Assembly: GCF_006345805.1 (NCBI RefSeq)
Contig: NC_042998.1
Coordinates: 177,072,001-177,136,000, forward strand
Direction: 5' to 3'
DNA: 64,000 nucleotides
DNA from: Octopus sinensis
Lineage: Eukaryota
A model generated the notes under the pieces. The model searched no databases and was not told the origin of the DNA. It was given only the letters and a program-made list of their open reading frames with translations. Numbering within the stretch: the first letter of the stretch is position 1; each line of letters opens with the position of its first letter. The translations under genes were made by a program, and so were the position numbers. Of the stretch, positions 26,162 to 37,740 are shown piece by piece.

Positions 26162-26440
26162 TGTTGTGTCTGGGGAGAGTCATACTGCCTTAATATCTAA
26201 CACACTCCCCAGCTCAATTTCCATTCATCTATTATTTATAGTTCTTTTTTTTTACTTCCTAAATATTTGTTGTTTTTGCAACCTTGTCAATGGATGCTGT
26301 CAATATCCAATCGAACCGGTAAGTATGTTAGATAATAAGGCATTAAAATCGATATGATTCTCCCCAGACACAACGTAATTTGTTTCAACACGCGAATTCA
26401 CGTAAAGAATCTTGCAAGCCAGATACAAAACTGAAGTACA
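26162..26440. repeat. Dispersed repeat (related to 15190-15290) with a 22-bp inverted repeat pair
   Basis: gttgtgtctggggagagtcata versus tatgattctccccagacacaac; the 26350-26440 part matches 15190-15290 in reverse. Confidence 0.65.
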
Positions 26441-26466
26441 CACACACACACACACGTACACACACA

Positions 26467-26548
<82 letters not shown>

Positions 26549-27182
26549 TACATATAATGGGCGTGTGTTTTGTAAGTTAGGTTCATATGTCCGTATGCTA
26601 ACTAGATAGTAAACAGAGTCGGTGAATAGTTAGAGAGTAGAAACTTAGGTGTGTATTGTGGTGATAGTTTGCTAGTTAAGGAATTAGATACAAAGTTTTA
26701 AGTTAGGAATTATTTAAGAGACAAGCGGTTGTTATATATATAGGCAGGTGAAACAAAATGATAGGCAGAGATGGCAATCATATAGACATGTATATAATAT
26801 ATATAATAAATACTTGCATACTCGCTTGCAAAATAAATTGCTATTGTGAACGAATCGAACAAGGTGTTCGTTAAGATCTCTGAGTCCACAGGAAGCTGTG
26901 TCAGAACGACGAAACCTGCATTCCAGAGCGATTCCAAACACCAAATCAATAATAATAACGTAAAACAGATGTTTTAAGCCATCATCACTACTAGTTAAGC
27001 GGGGAAGAAAGGAAGAGAGTCACGTGATATGTAATGCGTCATCACCTGCCGCGAAGCTGTTGTCGCTAAGGTATTTCTGCATCTCGCCACCGTGGATCTG
27101 CCGACATTTATGGCGTTGCAAGTCACTTTTTCTCTATATTAATGTGAGCACATGCTTTAGTGTAAGCATACATGTATGTGGA

Positions 27183-27213
<31 letters not shown>

Positions 27214-27306
27214 TGTGTGTGTGCATGCGTACGTAAGTGTGAGTGTGTGTGCGTACTTGTCTATGTGTATATGTTCCTGTACATGTGTGTGTGTACATGT
27301 ATGTGT

Positions 27307-27670
27307 GTATGCGTACGTCAGGGTATGCGTACGTCTGTGTATGCGTACATGTGTGTATGCGTACATGTGTGTATGCGTACATGTGTGTATGCGTACATGT
27401 GTGTATGCGTACATGTGTGTATGCGTACGTCTATGTATGCGTACATGTATGTATGCGTACATGTGTGTATTCGTACATGTGTGTATGCGTACATGTGTGT
27501 ATGCGTACATGTGTGTATGCGTACATGTGTGTATGCGTACATGTATGTATGCTTACATGTGTGTATGCGTACATGTGTGTATGCGTACATGTGTGTATGC
27601 GTACATGTGTGTATGCGTACATGTGTGTATGCGTACATGTGTGTATGCGTACGTCTGTGTATGCGTACAT
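27307..27670. repeat. 16-bp minisatellite (ATGCGTACATGTGTGT)n, about 22 units, within a larger TG/TA-rich tract to 28428
   Basis: Direct reading. Confidence 0.9.
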
Positions 27671-28357
27671 GTAAGTATGCATATTTATATGTGTATGCTT
27701 ACATGTGTGTATTCGTGTATATGTGTGTGTATACCCACATGTGTGTATGCGTGTATATGTGTGTGTATACCTACATGTGTGTATGCGTGCATGTGTGTGT
27801 AAGCCTACATGTGTGTGTAGGCCTACATGTGCCTACATGTGTGTGTTGGCCTACATGTATGTGTAGGCCTACATGTATGTGTGTGTATGCGAACAAGTGT
27901 AGGTGTGCATGAGTACATATGTGTGTATGTATGTATGTATGTGTGTGTATGTGCACGGGTGTGTATATGCATAGATGTATGTGTATGTATACATGTGTAT
28001 GTGTATGCGTACATGTGTATGTGTATGAGTACATGTATGTGTGTGCGTACATGTATGTGTACATAAGAGTGTGGTTGTGTGTATGCGTTCATAAGAGCAG
28101 ATGTGTGTGTATGGGTATGTAAGTGCTATACGTATATAAGCGTGTATGTGTATATGCGTATATATGTATTTATGCGTGTACAAGTGTATAAGCGTATATA
28201 AGTATGCATGTGTATGTCTATATGTGTATGTGTGAATATATGTTTATTTCTACGTATACATAAGTACATCTGTGTATATGTGTGTATGTCTGCTTATATA
28301 TATGTGCGTGTATCTGCTAATATATGTGCGTGTGTATCTATATGTATGTACATTTGC

Positions 28358-28429
<72 letters not shown>

Positions 28430-28703
28430 TAATTAATAAGGGTGAGAGAATTAGATACTAATTTAACAGTATATCTATTCAACACCAAGTGGCCTAGTGC
28501 TCCGAGAAACCTGGATTATTATAATATTTTATAATATATTATAATATTTTTACAAAATAAATATAAGAGAGTGGTCACTATATGGCTCACTCTAGCACCA
28601 GTTAATCCAAAAGGTTTCAACCACAAAAATACATGTTTCCCATGAAAGTCAGTACGATTGTTAGCTCACACGGACAGGGCAAATAAAAAATAACAAAAAT
28701 ACA

Positions 28704-28794
28704 GATTATTTTGGGACAATTGTTTCGCTATTAATGAATTAAATGTAATTTTACTTACAAAAAAATCCACTTGTAGCTCGTCAGCCAAACTATC
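28704..28794 (-). ncRNA. Type I hammerhead ribozyme, unit 1
   Basis: tttgg-CTGACGA-gcta..tagc-GAAA-CAATTG-T-C^ccaaaa; predicted cut 28715/28714; stem I 5' strand one U shorter than in the other units. Confidence 0.8.
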
Positions 28795-29237
28795 TGGATG
28801 AAATCCACTCAATCACACGCCAGATTTTACCATAACGATAAATACGCGTGTGGTTCAATTGATTACATCCGACGTTATAATTCAAATGCCCCAACTAACA
28901 GCGCGCCAAACTTTCACGGAAAACAAATACTGCATTTAGAAATAAATGCAACATAATTATAATTAATTAATAAGGGTGAGAGAATTAGATACTAATTTAA
29001 TAGTATATCTATTTAACACCAAGTGGCCTAGTGCTCCGAGAAACCTGGATTATTATAATATTTTATAATATATTATAATATTTTTACAAAATAAATATAA
29101 GAGAGTGGTCACTATATGGCTCACTCTAGCACCAGTTAATCCAAAAGGTTTCAACCACAAAAATACATGTTTCCCATGAAAGTCAGTACGATAGTTAGCT
29201 CACACGGACAGGGCAAATAAAAAATAACAAAAATACA

Positions 29238-29329
29238 GATTATTTTGGGACAATTGTTTCGCTATTAATGAATTAAATGTAATTTTACTTACAAAAAAAT
29301 CCACTTGTAGCTCGTCAGCCAAAACTATC
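29238..29329 (-). ncRNA. Type I hammerhead ribozyme, unit 2
   Basis: Complete core, stems I-III; predicted cut 29249/29248. Confidence 0.88.
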
Positions 29330-29772
29330 TGGATGAAATCCACTCAATCACACGCCAGATTTTACCATAACGATAAATACGCGTGTGGTACAATTGATTA
29401 CATCCGACGTTATAATTCAAATGCCCCAACTAACAGGGCGCCAAACTTTCACGAAAAACAAATACTGCATTTAGAAATAAATGCAGCATAATTATAATTA
29501 ATTAATAAGGGTGAGAGAATTAGATACTAATTTAATAGTATATCTATTCAACACCAAGTGGCCTAGTGCTCCGAGAAACCTGGATTATTATAATATTTTA
29601 TAATATATTATAATATTTTTACAAAATAAATATAAGAGAGTGGTCACTATATGGCTCACTCTAGCACCAGTTAATCCAAAAGGTTTCAACCACAAAAATA
29701 CATGTTTCCCATGAAAGTCAGTACGATTGTTAGCTCACACGGACAGGGCAAATAAAAAATAACAAAAATACA

Positions 29773-29864
29773 GATTATTTTGGGACAATTGTTTCGCTAT
29801 TAATGAATTAAATGTAATTTTACTTACAAAAAAATCCACTTGTAGCTCGTCAGCCAAAACTATC
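29773..29864 (-). ncRNA. Type I hammerhead ribozyme, unit 3
   Basis: Complete core; predicted cut 29784/29783. Confidence 0.88.
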
Positions 29865-30305
29865 TGGATGAAATCCACTCAATCACACGCCAGATTTTAC
29901 CATAACGATAAATACGCGTGTGGTCAATTGATTACATCCGACGTTATAATTCAAATGCCCCAACTAACAGCGCGCCAAACTTTCACGGAAAACAAATACT
30001 GCATTTAGAAATAAATGCAACATAATTATAATTAATTAATAAGGGTGAGAGAATTAGATACTAATTTAATAGTATATCTATTTAACACCAAGTGGCCTAG
30101 TGCTCCGAGAAACCTGGATTATTATAATATTTTATAATATATTATAATATTTTTACAAAATAAATATAAGAGAGTGGTCACTATATGGCTCACTCTAGCA
30201 CCAGTTAATCCAAAAGGTTTCAACCACAAAAATACATGTTTCCATGAAAGTCAGTACGATAGTTAGCTCACACGGACAGGGCAAATAAAAAATAACAAAA
30301 ATACA

Positions 30306-30397
30306 GATTATTTTGGGACAATTGTTTCGCTATTAATGAATTAAATGTAATTTTACTTACAAAAAAATCCACTTGTAGCTCGTCAGCCAAAACTATC
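30306..30397 (-). ncRNA. Type I hammerhead ribozyme, unit 4
   Basis: Complete core; predicted cut 30317/30316. Confidence 0.88.
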
Positions 30398-30747
30398 TGG
30401 ATGAAATCCACTCAATCACACGCCAGATTTTACCATAACGATAAATACGCGTGTGGTACAATTGATTACATCCGACGTTATAATTCAAATGCCCCAACTA
30501 ACAGCGCGCCAAACTTTCACGGAAAACAAATACTGCATTTAGAAATTAATGCAGCATAATTATAATTAATTAATAAGGGTGAGAGAATTAGATACTAATT
30601 TAATAGTATATCTATTCAACACCAAGTGGCCTAGTGCTCCGAGAAACCTGGATTATTATAATATTTTATAATATATTATAATATTTTATAATATATTATA
30701 ATATTTTTACAAAATAAATATAAGAGAGTGGTCACTATATGGCTCAC

Positions 30748-31208
30748 GAATAGATATACTATTAAATTAGTATCTAATTCTCTCACCCTTATTAATTAAT
30801 TATAATTATGCTGCATTTATTTCTAAATGCAGTATTTGTATTCCGTGAAAGTTTGGCGCGCTGTTAGTTGGGGCATTTGAATTATAACGTCGGATGTAAT
30901 CAATTGAACCACACGCGTATTTATCGTTATGGTAAAATCTGGCGTGTCATTGAGTGGATTTCATCCAGATAGTTTTGGCTGACGAGCTACAAGTGGATTT
31001 TTTGTAAGTAAAATTACATTTAATTCATTAATAGCGAAACAATTGTCCCAAAATAATCTGTATTTTTGTTATTTTTTATTTGCCCTGTCCGTGTGAGCTA
31101 ACAATCGTACTGACTTTCATGGGAAACATGTATTTTTGTGGTTGAAACCTTTTGGATTAACTGGTGCTAGAGTGAGCCATATAGTGACCACTCTCTTATA
31201 TTTATTTT
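30748..31208 (+). mobile_element. Inverted partial unit of the 534-bp array
   Basis: Reverse complement of the array monomer; followed by (TA)n. Confidence 0.92.
30968..31058 (+). ncRNA. Type I hammerhead ribozyme, inverted unit
   Basis: gatagttttgg-CTGACGA(30979-85)-gcta[42 nt]tagc-GAAA(31036-39)-CAATTG-T-C(31047)^ccaaaataatc. Confidence 0.88.
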
Positions 31209-31209
31209 A

Positions 31210-31270
<61 letters not shown>

Positions 31271-31516
31271 TATTTCTACGTGTGCATGTGTGTGTGTGTG
31301 TGTGTGTGTGAGTGCATGCATGTCTATGTCTGCGCAAGTGTGTGCGTGTTTGTGTGTCTGTCTATGTATCGGCAAGTAAGAGATTTCGATGCTTATGGTG
31401 ATCGATTGAAATCAGTTTCATACTTTGTATGTGTGTATATGCGTGAATATATGTATCTGAGTATGTGAGCGTGTGTGTCTGTGTGCGAGTATGATCTATT
31501 TATATATGTTTGTATA

Positions 31517-31891
31517 TAGGCGCATGCGTGGTTGTGTAGTAAGAAGCCTGCTTCCCAACCACCCGGTTCCGGGTTCAGTCTCACTGCGTGGAACTTTGGG
31601 CAAGTATCTTCTACTATAGCCTCGGGTCAACCAAAGGCTCGTGACTAGATTTGGTAGACAGAAAAGGAAAAGAAGCCTGTCGTATATGTATATATGTATA
31701 TATTTATGTGTGTGTGTATGTGTGTGTGTGTGTCTTTGTGTCTATATTTGTCCCACCCACCTACCATCGCTTGTCAACTGATGCTAATGTTTACGTCCCT
31801 GTAACTTAGCAGTTCGGCAAAAGAGAACGATAGAATAAGTCCTGGGATCGATTTGTTCGAATAAAATTCCATTTAAGGCAAAAGAATAAAA

Positions 31892-31893
<2 letters not shown>
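31517..31893 (+). mobile_element. SINE family B (diverged)
   Basis: Match to 9337-9749. Confidence 0.8.
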
Positions 31894-31931
<38 letters not shown>

Positions 31932-31941
<10 letters not shown>

Positions 31942-32074
31942 GGGCTCCTAAATAAGGATGCCAAGTGCTAGGGACACAAAAAAGGGATAAATTCATCGAG
32001 AGTGAAAATCAAAAACATTTACCATTAACGATACATCCTTATTGGCATCCTTATTTAGGAGCCCTTAATTATAT
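31932..32074. repeat. Foldback with perfect 33-bp arms and 77-bp spacer
   Basis: atataattaagggctcctaaataaggatgccaa and its exact reverse complement at 32042-32074. Confidence 0.92.
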
Positions 32075-32165
32075 TTCTATATGAATAATATTTTGTCTAA
32101 TGACTAATTCGTCTTTTGTGCTGGGCCACTGGTAGTAATCTATGTTATTACCCTTTTTTGATTAT

Positions 32166-32263
<98 letters not shown>

Positions 32264-32264
<1 letters not shown>

Positions 32265-33011
32265 GTGGTCTGATCCGGTCTGTTGCTACAGTAACAAAGC
32301 TAAAACACGCAGAGTAAAGCCGCTTGGCACAAATTGACCTTGAACTCTGCTGTGCATGCGCACTAAGTTTTAATATTGTAGCTTACTTCCGCTGTTTATG
32401 GCAGTGTTTGTTAGGATGGTGTGTAGCATGTGATCGTCGCACTGACCATGACAGAGAAAGATGAGCAGAGAATCTGCATCAAATTTTGCCAAAAGCTTAG
32501 AGGCCTACGCAAAGTATTCAAGAAGATTTCATCGTTCTTAAAACAATCAAGATCTTGTGCAACTGAAATCCGAGTGTCATTTTAGTTAGCTGAAAGCAGT
32601 TTTTGGCACAAACTTGGCAGACACGCGTCTCATACACAAATCTTCAGGGATGATGGACAGAACTGAACCGTAACTAATCTGCACAGCCTCTGATAACTCA
32701 CGGATGGTGATTCGATAATTTCCCCTCACGGCTGCAGGCACATCTGCGATGTTTTCTCAGTTCTGCTGCTTGCGGGTCTCCCAGAATGTTCGTCAATATC
32801 GATATTTTTTCAGCCATCTTGGAAACGTCTGACCACTCGTACACACTTTCCTTCCAATCACTGTTGTAAACATCAGAAGTGAGCTAGAACCTTGAAACTC
32901 AGTGCACATGCACAGCAGAGTTCAAAGTCAATCTTTGCCAGGTGGCTTCATTCTGCGTACTTTAGCTTCGTTACTATGGTAACAGTCCTAGTACTTATTG
33001 ATCGGACCTCG
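32264..33011. mobile_element. Non-autonomous mariner derivative built from two inverted 5' ends
   Basis: TA-flanked ~120-bp inverted termini; + strand MTEKDEQRICIKFCQKL, minus strand DEHSGRP and MRRVSAKFVPK remnants. Confidence 0.8.
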
Positions 33012-33132
33012 TATATATATATATATATATATTTTCAGCAAAAATTTAGATTCAAATGAATATGGTACTTAATTTTAGATGCACCAGAATTCTGTATGGT
33101 GTTATCCATAAAAATCTGTGGGGTGATTATAA

Positions 33133-33490
33133 TCAAAATAAGCAACAAGGATGACTCCGGTAATTTGGTACGATCGTTTCGTACTACATCATTTTATTAA
33201 ATGTTGTAAGTATTACAACAGTTTTAAAATGCTGAGCACTCATCAGTCAATTATAGAGGTTTTCCATTTAAAATTTTAAAATTTAAATCCACATCTTTGT
33301 CTATGTATCTACCTTCTCTATAATGTTGCCACTTGATATGAAAATTTTTGTATTAATGGAAAACCTCTATAATTGGCTGATGAGTGCTCAGCATTTTAAA
33401 ACTGTTGTAATACTTACAACATTTAATAAAATGATGTAGTACCAAACGATCGTACCAAATTACCGGAGTCATTCTTGTTGCTTATTTTGA
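33133..33490. mobile_element. Inverted repeat (136-bp arms, 86-bp spacer), each arm with a long-stem-II hammerhead
   Basis: 133/136 identity by manual comparison; hammerheads at 33162-33252 (-) and 33371-33461 (+); right end abuts (TA)n. Confidence 0.88.
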
Positions 33491-33533
<43 letters not shown>

Positions 33534-33815
33534 TATGCATGTGGGTATTTATACTTTAGCAGTAAAGATATATGAGTAATAGAAGACCCTAGAGTTTCGT
33601 GCAACGAACTTACCAAACTTAGACAAGTGCCATACACAAAATAAAGAAATATATATACTCGACATATTGAGGCCTATTCCTCGTAACGGTATCTCCAAAT
33701 CTACACACAAATATACATATATAAATATATGAGTATGAATATGCATATACATACACACCTATACATAAGTTTGTGTTGTGTATGTATGTGTAAGGCAAAG
33801 ATATGTACATATATA

Positions 33816-34204
33816 TCTTTTTCTTTTCCTTTACTTGTGTCAGTCTTTAGATTGCGGCCATGCTGGATCACCGTCTTGAAGAATTTTAGTCAAATAAATC
33901 AACTCTAGTACTTAAAGCCTGGTACTTATTCTATCGATGTCTTTTGCTGAATCGCTAATTTAGGAGAACGTAAACACACCAACAGCGGTTGTCAAGCAGT
34001 GGTAGTGGACAAATACAAACACACTGAGACAGACACACATACGATGGGCTTCTCTCAGTTTCCGTCTACTAAATCTACTCACAAGGCTTTCCTCGGCATG
34101 GGGCTATACTAGAAAACACTTGCCTAATGTGCCACCCAATCGGACTGAACCTGGGACCATATAGTTGGAAAGCGAACCGCTTACCACAGAGCCACCCCTG
34201 CGCT
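33816..34204 (-). mobile_element. SINE family B (diverged)
   Basis: Reverse match to family B. Confidence 0.8.
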
Positions 34205-34264
34205 ATATGCGTATATGTATATATCCACACACGAGCTCGCAAGCGTGCACTCACACACTAGCAT

Positions 34265-34314
<50 letters not shown>

Positions 34315-34323
34315 GCACACACA

Positions 34324-34371
<48 letters not shown>

Positions 34372-34385
34372 ATATATATATATAT

Positions 34386-34798
34386 ATTCTTTTATTCTTT
34401 TACTTGTTGCAGTCATTTTATTGCAGTCATGCTGGGTCATCACCTTTAGTCGAAGAAATCAACCCCAAGACTTATTCTTTGTAAGCCTTGTACTTATTCT
34501 AACGGTTTCTTATGCCGAACCGCTAAGTTACGGGGACTTGAACACACCAACATCGGTTGTCAAGCGATGGGGGATGGACAAATAGACACAAATGCATACA
34601 CACACACAAATGTGTGTGTGTGTGTGTGTGTGTGTATGCAAGCTTCTTTCAGTTTCCGTCTACCAAAGTCAGTTACATGGATTTGGTCGGCAGGATACTA
34701 CAGTAGAAGACACTTGCCCAAGGTGACACGCAGTATGACTGAACCCGGAACTATGTGGTTGAGACGCAAACTACTTACCACACAGCCACACCTACGCA
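34386..34798 (-). mobile_element. SINE family B (diverged)
   Basis: Reverse match to family B. Confidence 0.8.
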
Positions 34799-35353
34799 TA
34801 CACACAGACACATAGACACACGCACACACACACACTCACACACACACACACACACGTATATATTCATAGCTAGCTGAACGGATAGATTAGTAGATAACTT
34901 TATTGTCTAAATTTCGATGCTGGAGATTAAGTTTTTAGTCAGAGACAATCTTCGTATTTATGGCAAGAATTCACACAATTAAAAAACAGAGACAATTACG
35001 GTGTGGAAGACACATGATAGCTATTCAAAAACTCAGACACAAAACATAATTTGGTAACTTCACTTAAACTTCATTTATTACTTGCGGTCAAAATTTTCGT
35101 CACCAACTGCGATCCGGTCACCGAGAAGGTTTCACAGCAGTGGAACCGTTTTTTCAAATGATGTTAACAGGTTTGATGTGTTTTTGAATGGCTTACATTT
35201 GTCGTCCACGTTGTAATTGCTTTAGTTTCAACACGGGTGTCAGATCAGATCATTTACCAGAGAAGTACATCTAAAAACAGAGACACATACGCACATACTA
35301 CATATGTACGTTCGCACATCTAGAAGGGAATAGAAGAATGTAGATATTCGTTT

Positions 35354-35760
35354 GTTCTTTTATTCCTTTACTTGTTTCAGTCATTTGACTTTGGCCATGC
35401 TGGAGCTCCACTTTTAGCCAAGCAAATTGGCCCCAGGATTTATTCTTTGTAAGCCTAGTACTTATTCTATCAGTCACTTCTGCTGAACCGTTAAGTTTCG
35501 GGTTCGTGAACGCACCAGCATCAGTTGTCAAGCGATGGTGGGGGACAAACACAGACACACATGCGCGCACACGCACACGCACACGCGCGACCATGCTGGG
35601 GCACCACCTTTAGTCGAACAAACCGACTACAGGATTTATTCTTTGTAAGCCTAATACTTATTCTATCGGTCACTTTTGCCGAACCATTAAGTTTCGGAGA
35701 CGTAAACACACCAGCATCAGTTGTCAAGCGATGGTGGGAGACAAACACAGACACACACAC
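35354..35760 (-). mobile_element. Two tandem 3'-half SINE family B fragments
   Basis: 35354-35560 and 35590-35760 each match the 3' half of family B. Confidence 0.8.
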
Positions 35761-36059
35761 ACACACACATGTGCGCGCACACGCGCACACACACGCACAA
35801 AAAAATAGAAATACTAGGTTTTTCGAAGGAAGAAAAGAATTTGCCACACATTCTTCAAATCTAATATAAGAGTGACACAGTGGAGATTTGTAAGAAATTC
35901 CAAAATTCTCCATCAGAGATTCTTTCGATGAATAGGTGCACACACATATGTATGTGCATCGACAGTTCAACCAACCCACTCAGTCACATATGAACAACAC
36001 TGGAAACTCTCTAAATTCAAAAAATCTCGTCACTTTTTTAGCGACCTGTTAGAACTCTC

Positions 36060-36402
36060 TACATATATACATACATACATACATACATACATACATACAT
36101 ACATACATACATACATACATACATACATTCATACATACATACATACATACATACATACATAAATACATACATACATACATACATACATATTACTATTACA
36201 TACATGCATACATACATATTACATACATACATAAATACATACAAACATACATATATGATATATACATGCATACATACGCACATGCATGCATACATACATA
36301 CATACATACATATATATATAAACATGCATACATACGTGCATGCATGCATGCATACATACATACATACATACATACATACATAAATACATACATACATACA
36401 TA

Positions 36403-36433
<31 letters not shown>

Positions 36434-36702
36434 CATACATGCATACATACATATTACATACATACATAAATACATACAAACATACATATATGATATATAC
36501 ATGCATACATACGTGCATGCATGCATACATACATACATACATACGTACATACATATATACATATATACATACATAATACATATATATATGTATATATACA
36601 TGCATACATACGTGCATGCATGCATACATACATACATACATACATACATACATACATACATACATACATACATACATACATACATACATACATACATACA
36701 TA
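36060..36702. repeat. (TACA)n tract with higher-order internal duplication
   Basis: The block aaatacatacaaacatacatatatgatatatacatgc recurs near 36232 and 36468. Confidence 0.9.
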
Positions 36703-36749
36703 AAGAATAACTGGAAGTAACAATGTCATTAGATCTAAACCCGCAGCTG

Positions 36750-37740
36750 CGATGAAGGAACTCTGGAGATGCACTGAACCATTCCCTAAAGACCAGAACT
36801 GTGGTGGCTGAAGTGCAGTGGCATTGGAGGTATTCGGTTGCATCTTACCTGAATTAAAGAAAGCATTAGATTGTTTTCCCCATTTGAAGATGCGAAAGGC
36901 CCTTGAATTTTGCTAAGTTTCCTGAGAGCACAACCGCAGCGTTATTCAACCTGCCTTCATCCTGACCGCCATCCTGAAGTTGACTACAGGAAATAATTGT
37001 ATTGTAATTGATAGGATTATGTACCGCAAGGGTAGGGTTCAAGGAGAGAGCCTCTGTATATTACTGTGTACAATTGCAGTGAACAAAAGATTCTTTTTGT
37101 TGAAGGATATGTGATTTGTCAAGAAAATGTCGGAAATACAAACTTGGTACGTAGCTGCTTTGATGCCAACCTGAAAGTGTTCATAACAATAATATGAACG
37201 TTATGAAGAAGAATCTTGAACTGGCTACAGCATTATCATAGGAAATAGAGTTTTGTCAAGTAAAAAGTTCCTACCTGATTACAAAAACAAGAGGGAGTTA
37301 CTAACTAGTCTAGTAGCTTTTCTGTCAATAAGCTGACAATGACTCCTATGGTTGATGTAGAATACTATGGGCACCTGAAGCGAGCGAAAATATATCCTTA
37401 GATGGTAGTTATGATAGTAATAATGTACGCGTAACCCGGGAATATTATACATGGATAAAAAAAATATGGCCATATAAGCCATCTGAATAGGCTATATCAG
37501 TGTGTTCACAGTGTGTTTGTTATGCTAATATACTTATTAACGTTTTGGCTGCGCTATTGGATACTAAATGAGATCTGGCGCATTGGTGTTAAAACCCGAA
37601 AACCATGCACCGCCAGAAATACCAACATCAAAAGTGATATTGATTGCCTCTATCGAAAATGGAAACGGAACAGAATGTTTGGCATCGATTGAAACAGCCT
37701 TAACAAAGGCCCTAAAACTATGTAAAACATTCCAGGAGTT
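36750..37740 (+). mobile_element. Degenerate R4/Dong-clade LINE reverse-transcriptase fragment
   Basis: Remnants KGRVQGESL (cf. GIFQGDSL) and WILNEIWRIGVKTRK...KSDIDCLY; many stops and frameshifts. Confidence 0.6.

Larger units (their letters stand above)
28430..30747 (-). mobile_element. Tandem array of 534-535-bp non-coding units (4 full plus 1 partial), one hammerhead per full unit; retrozyme/Penelope pLTR-like
   Basis: The GGGTGAGAG anchor recurs at 28440, 28974, 29509, 30043 and 30577; units nearly identical; left end abuts (TA)n. Confidence 0.9.

Noticed and set aside
28430-31210. Array as a CRISPR locus or an assembly artefact
   Set aside because: There are no unique spacers and the DNA is eukaryotic. 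Units differ in an ordered ABAB pattern, which disfavours (but does not exclude) an artefact.
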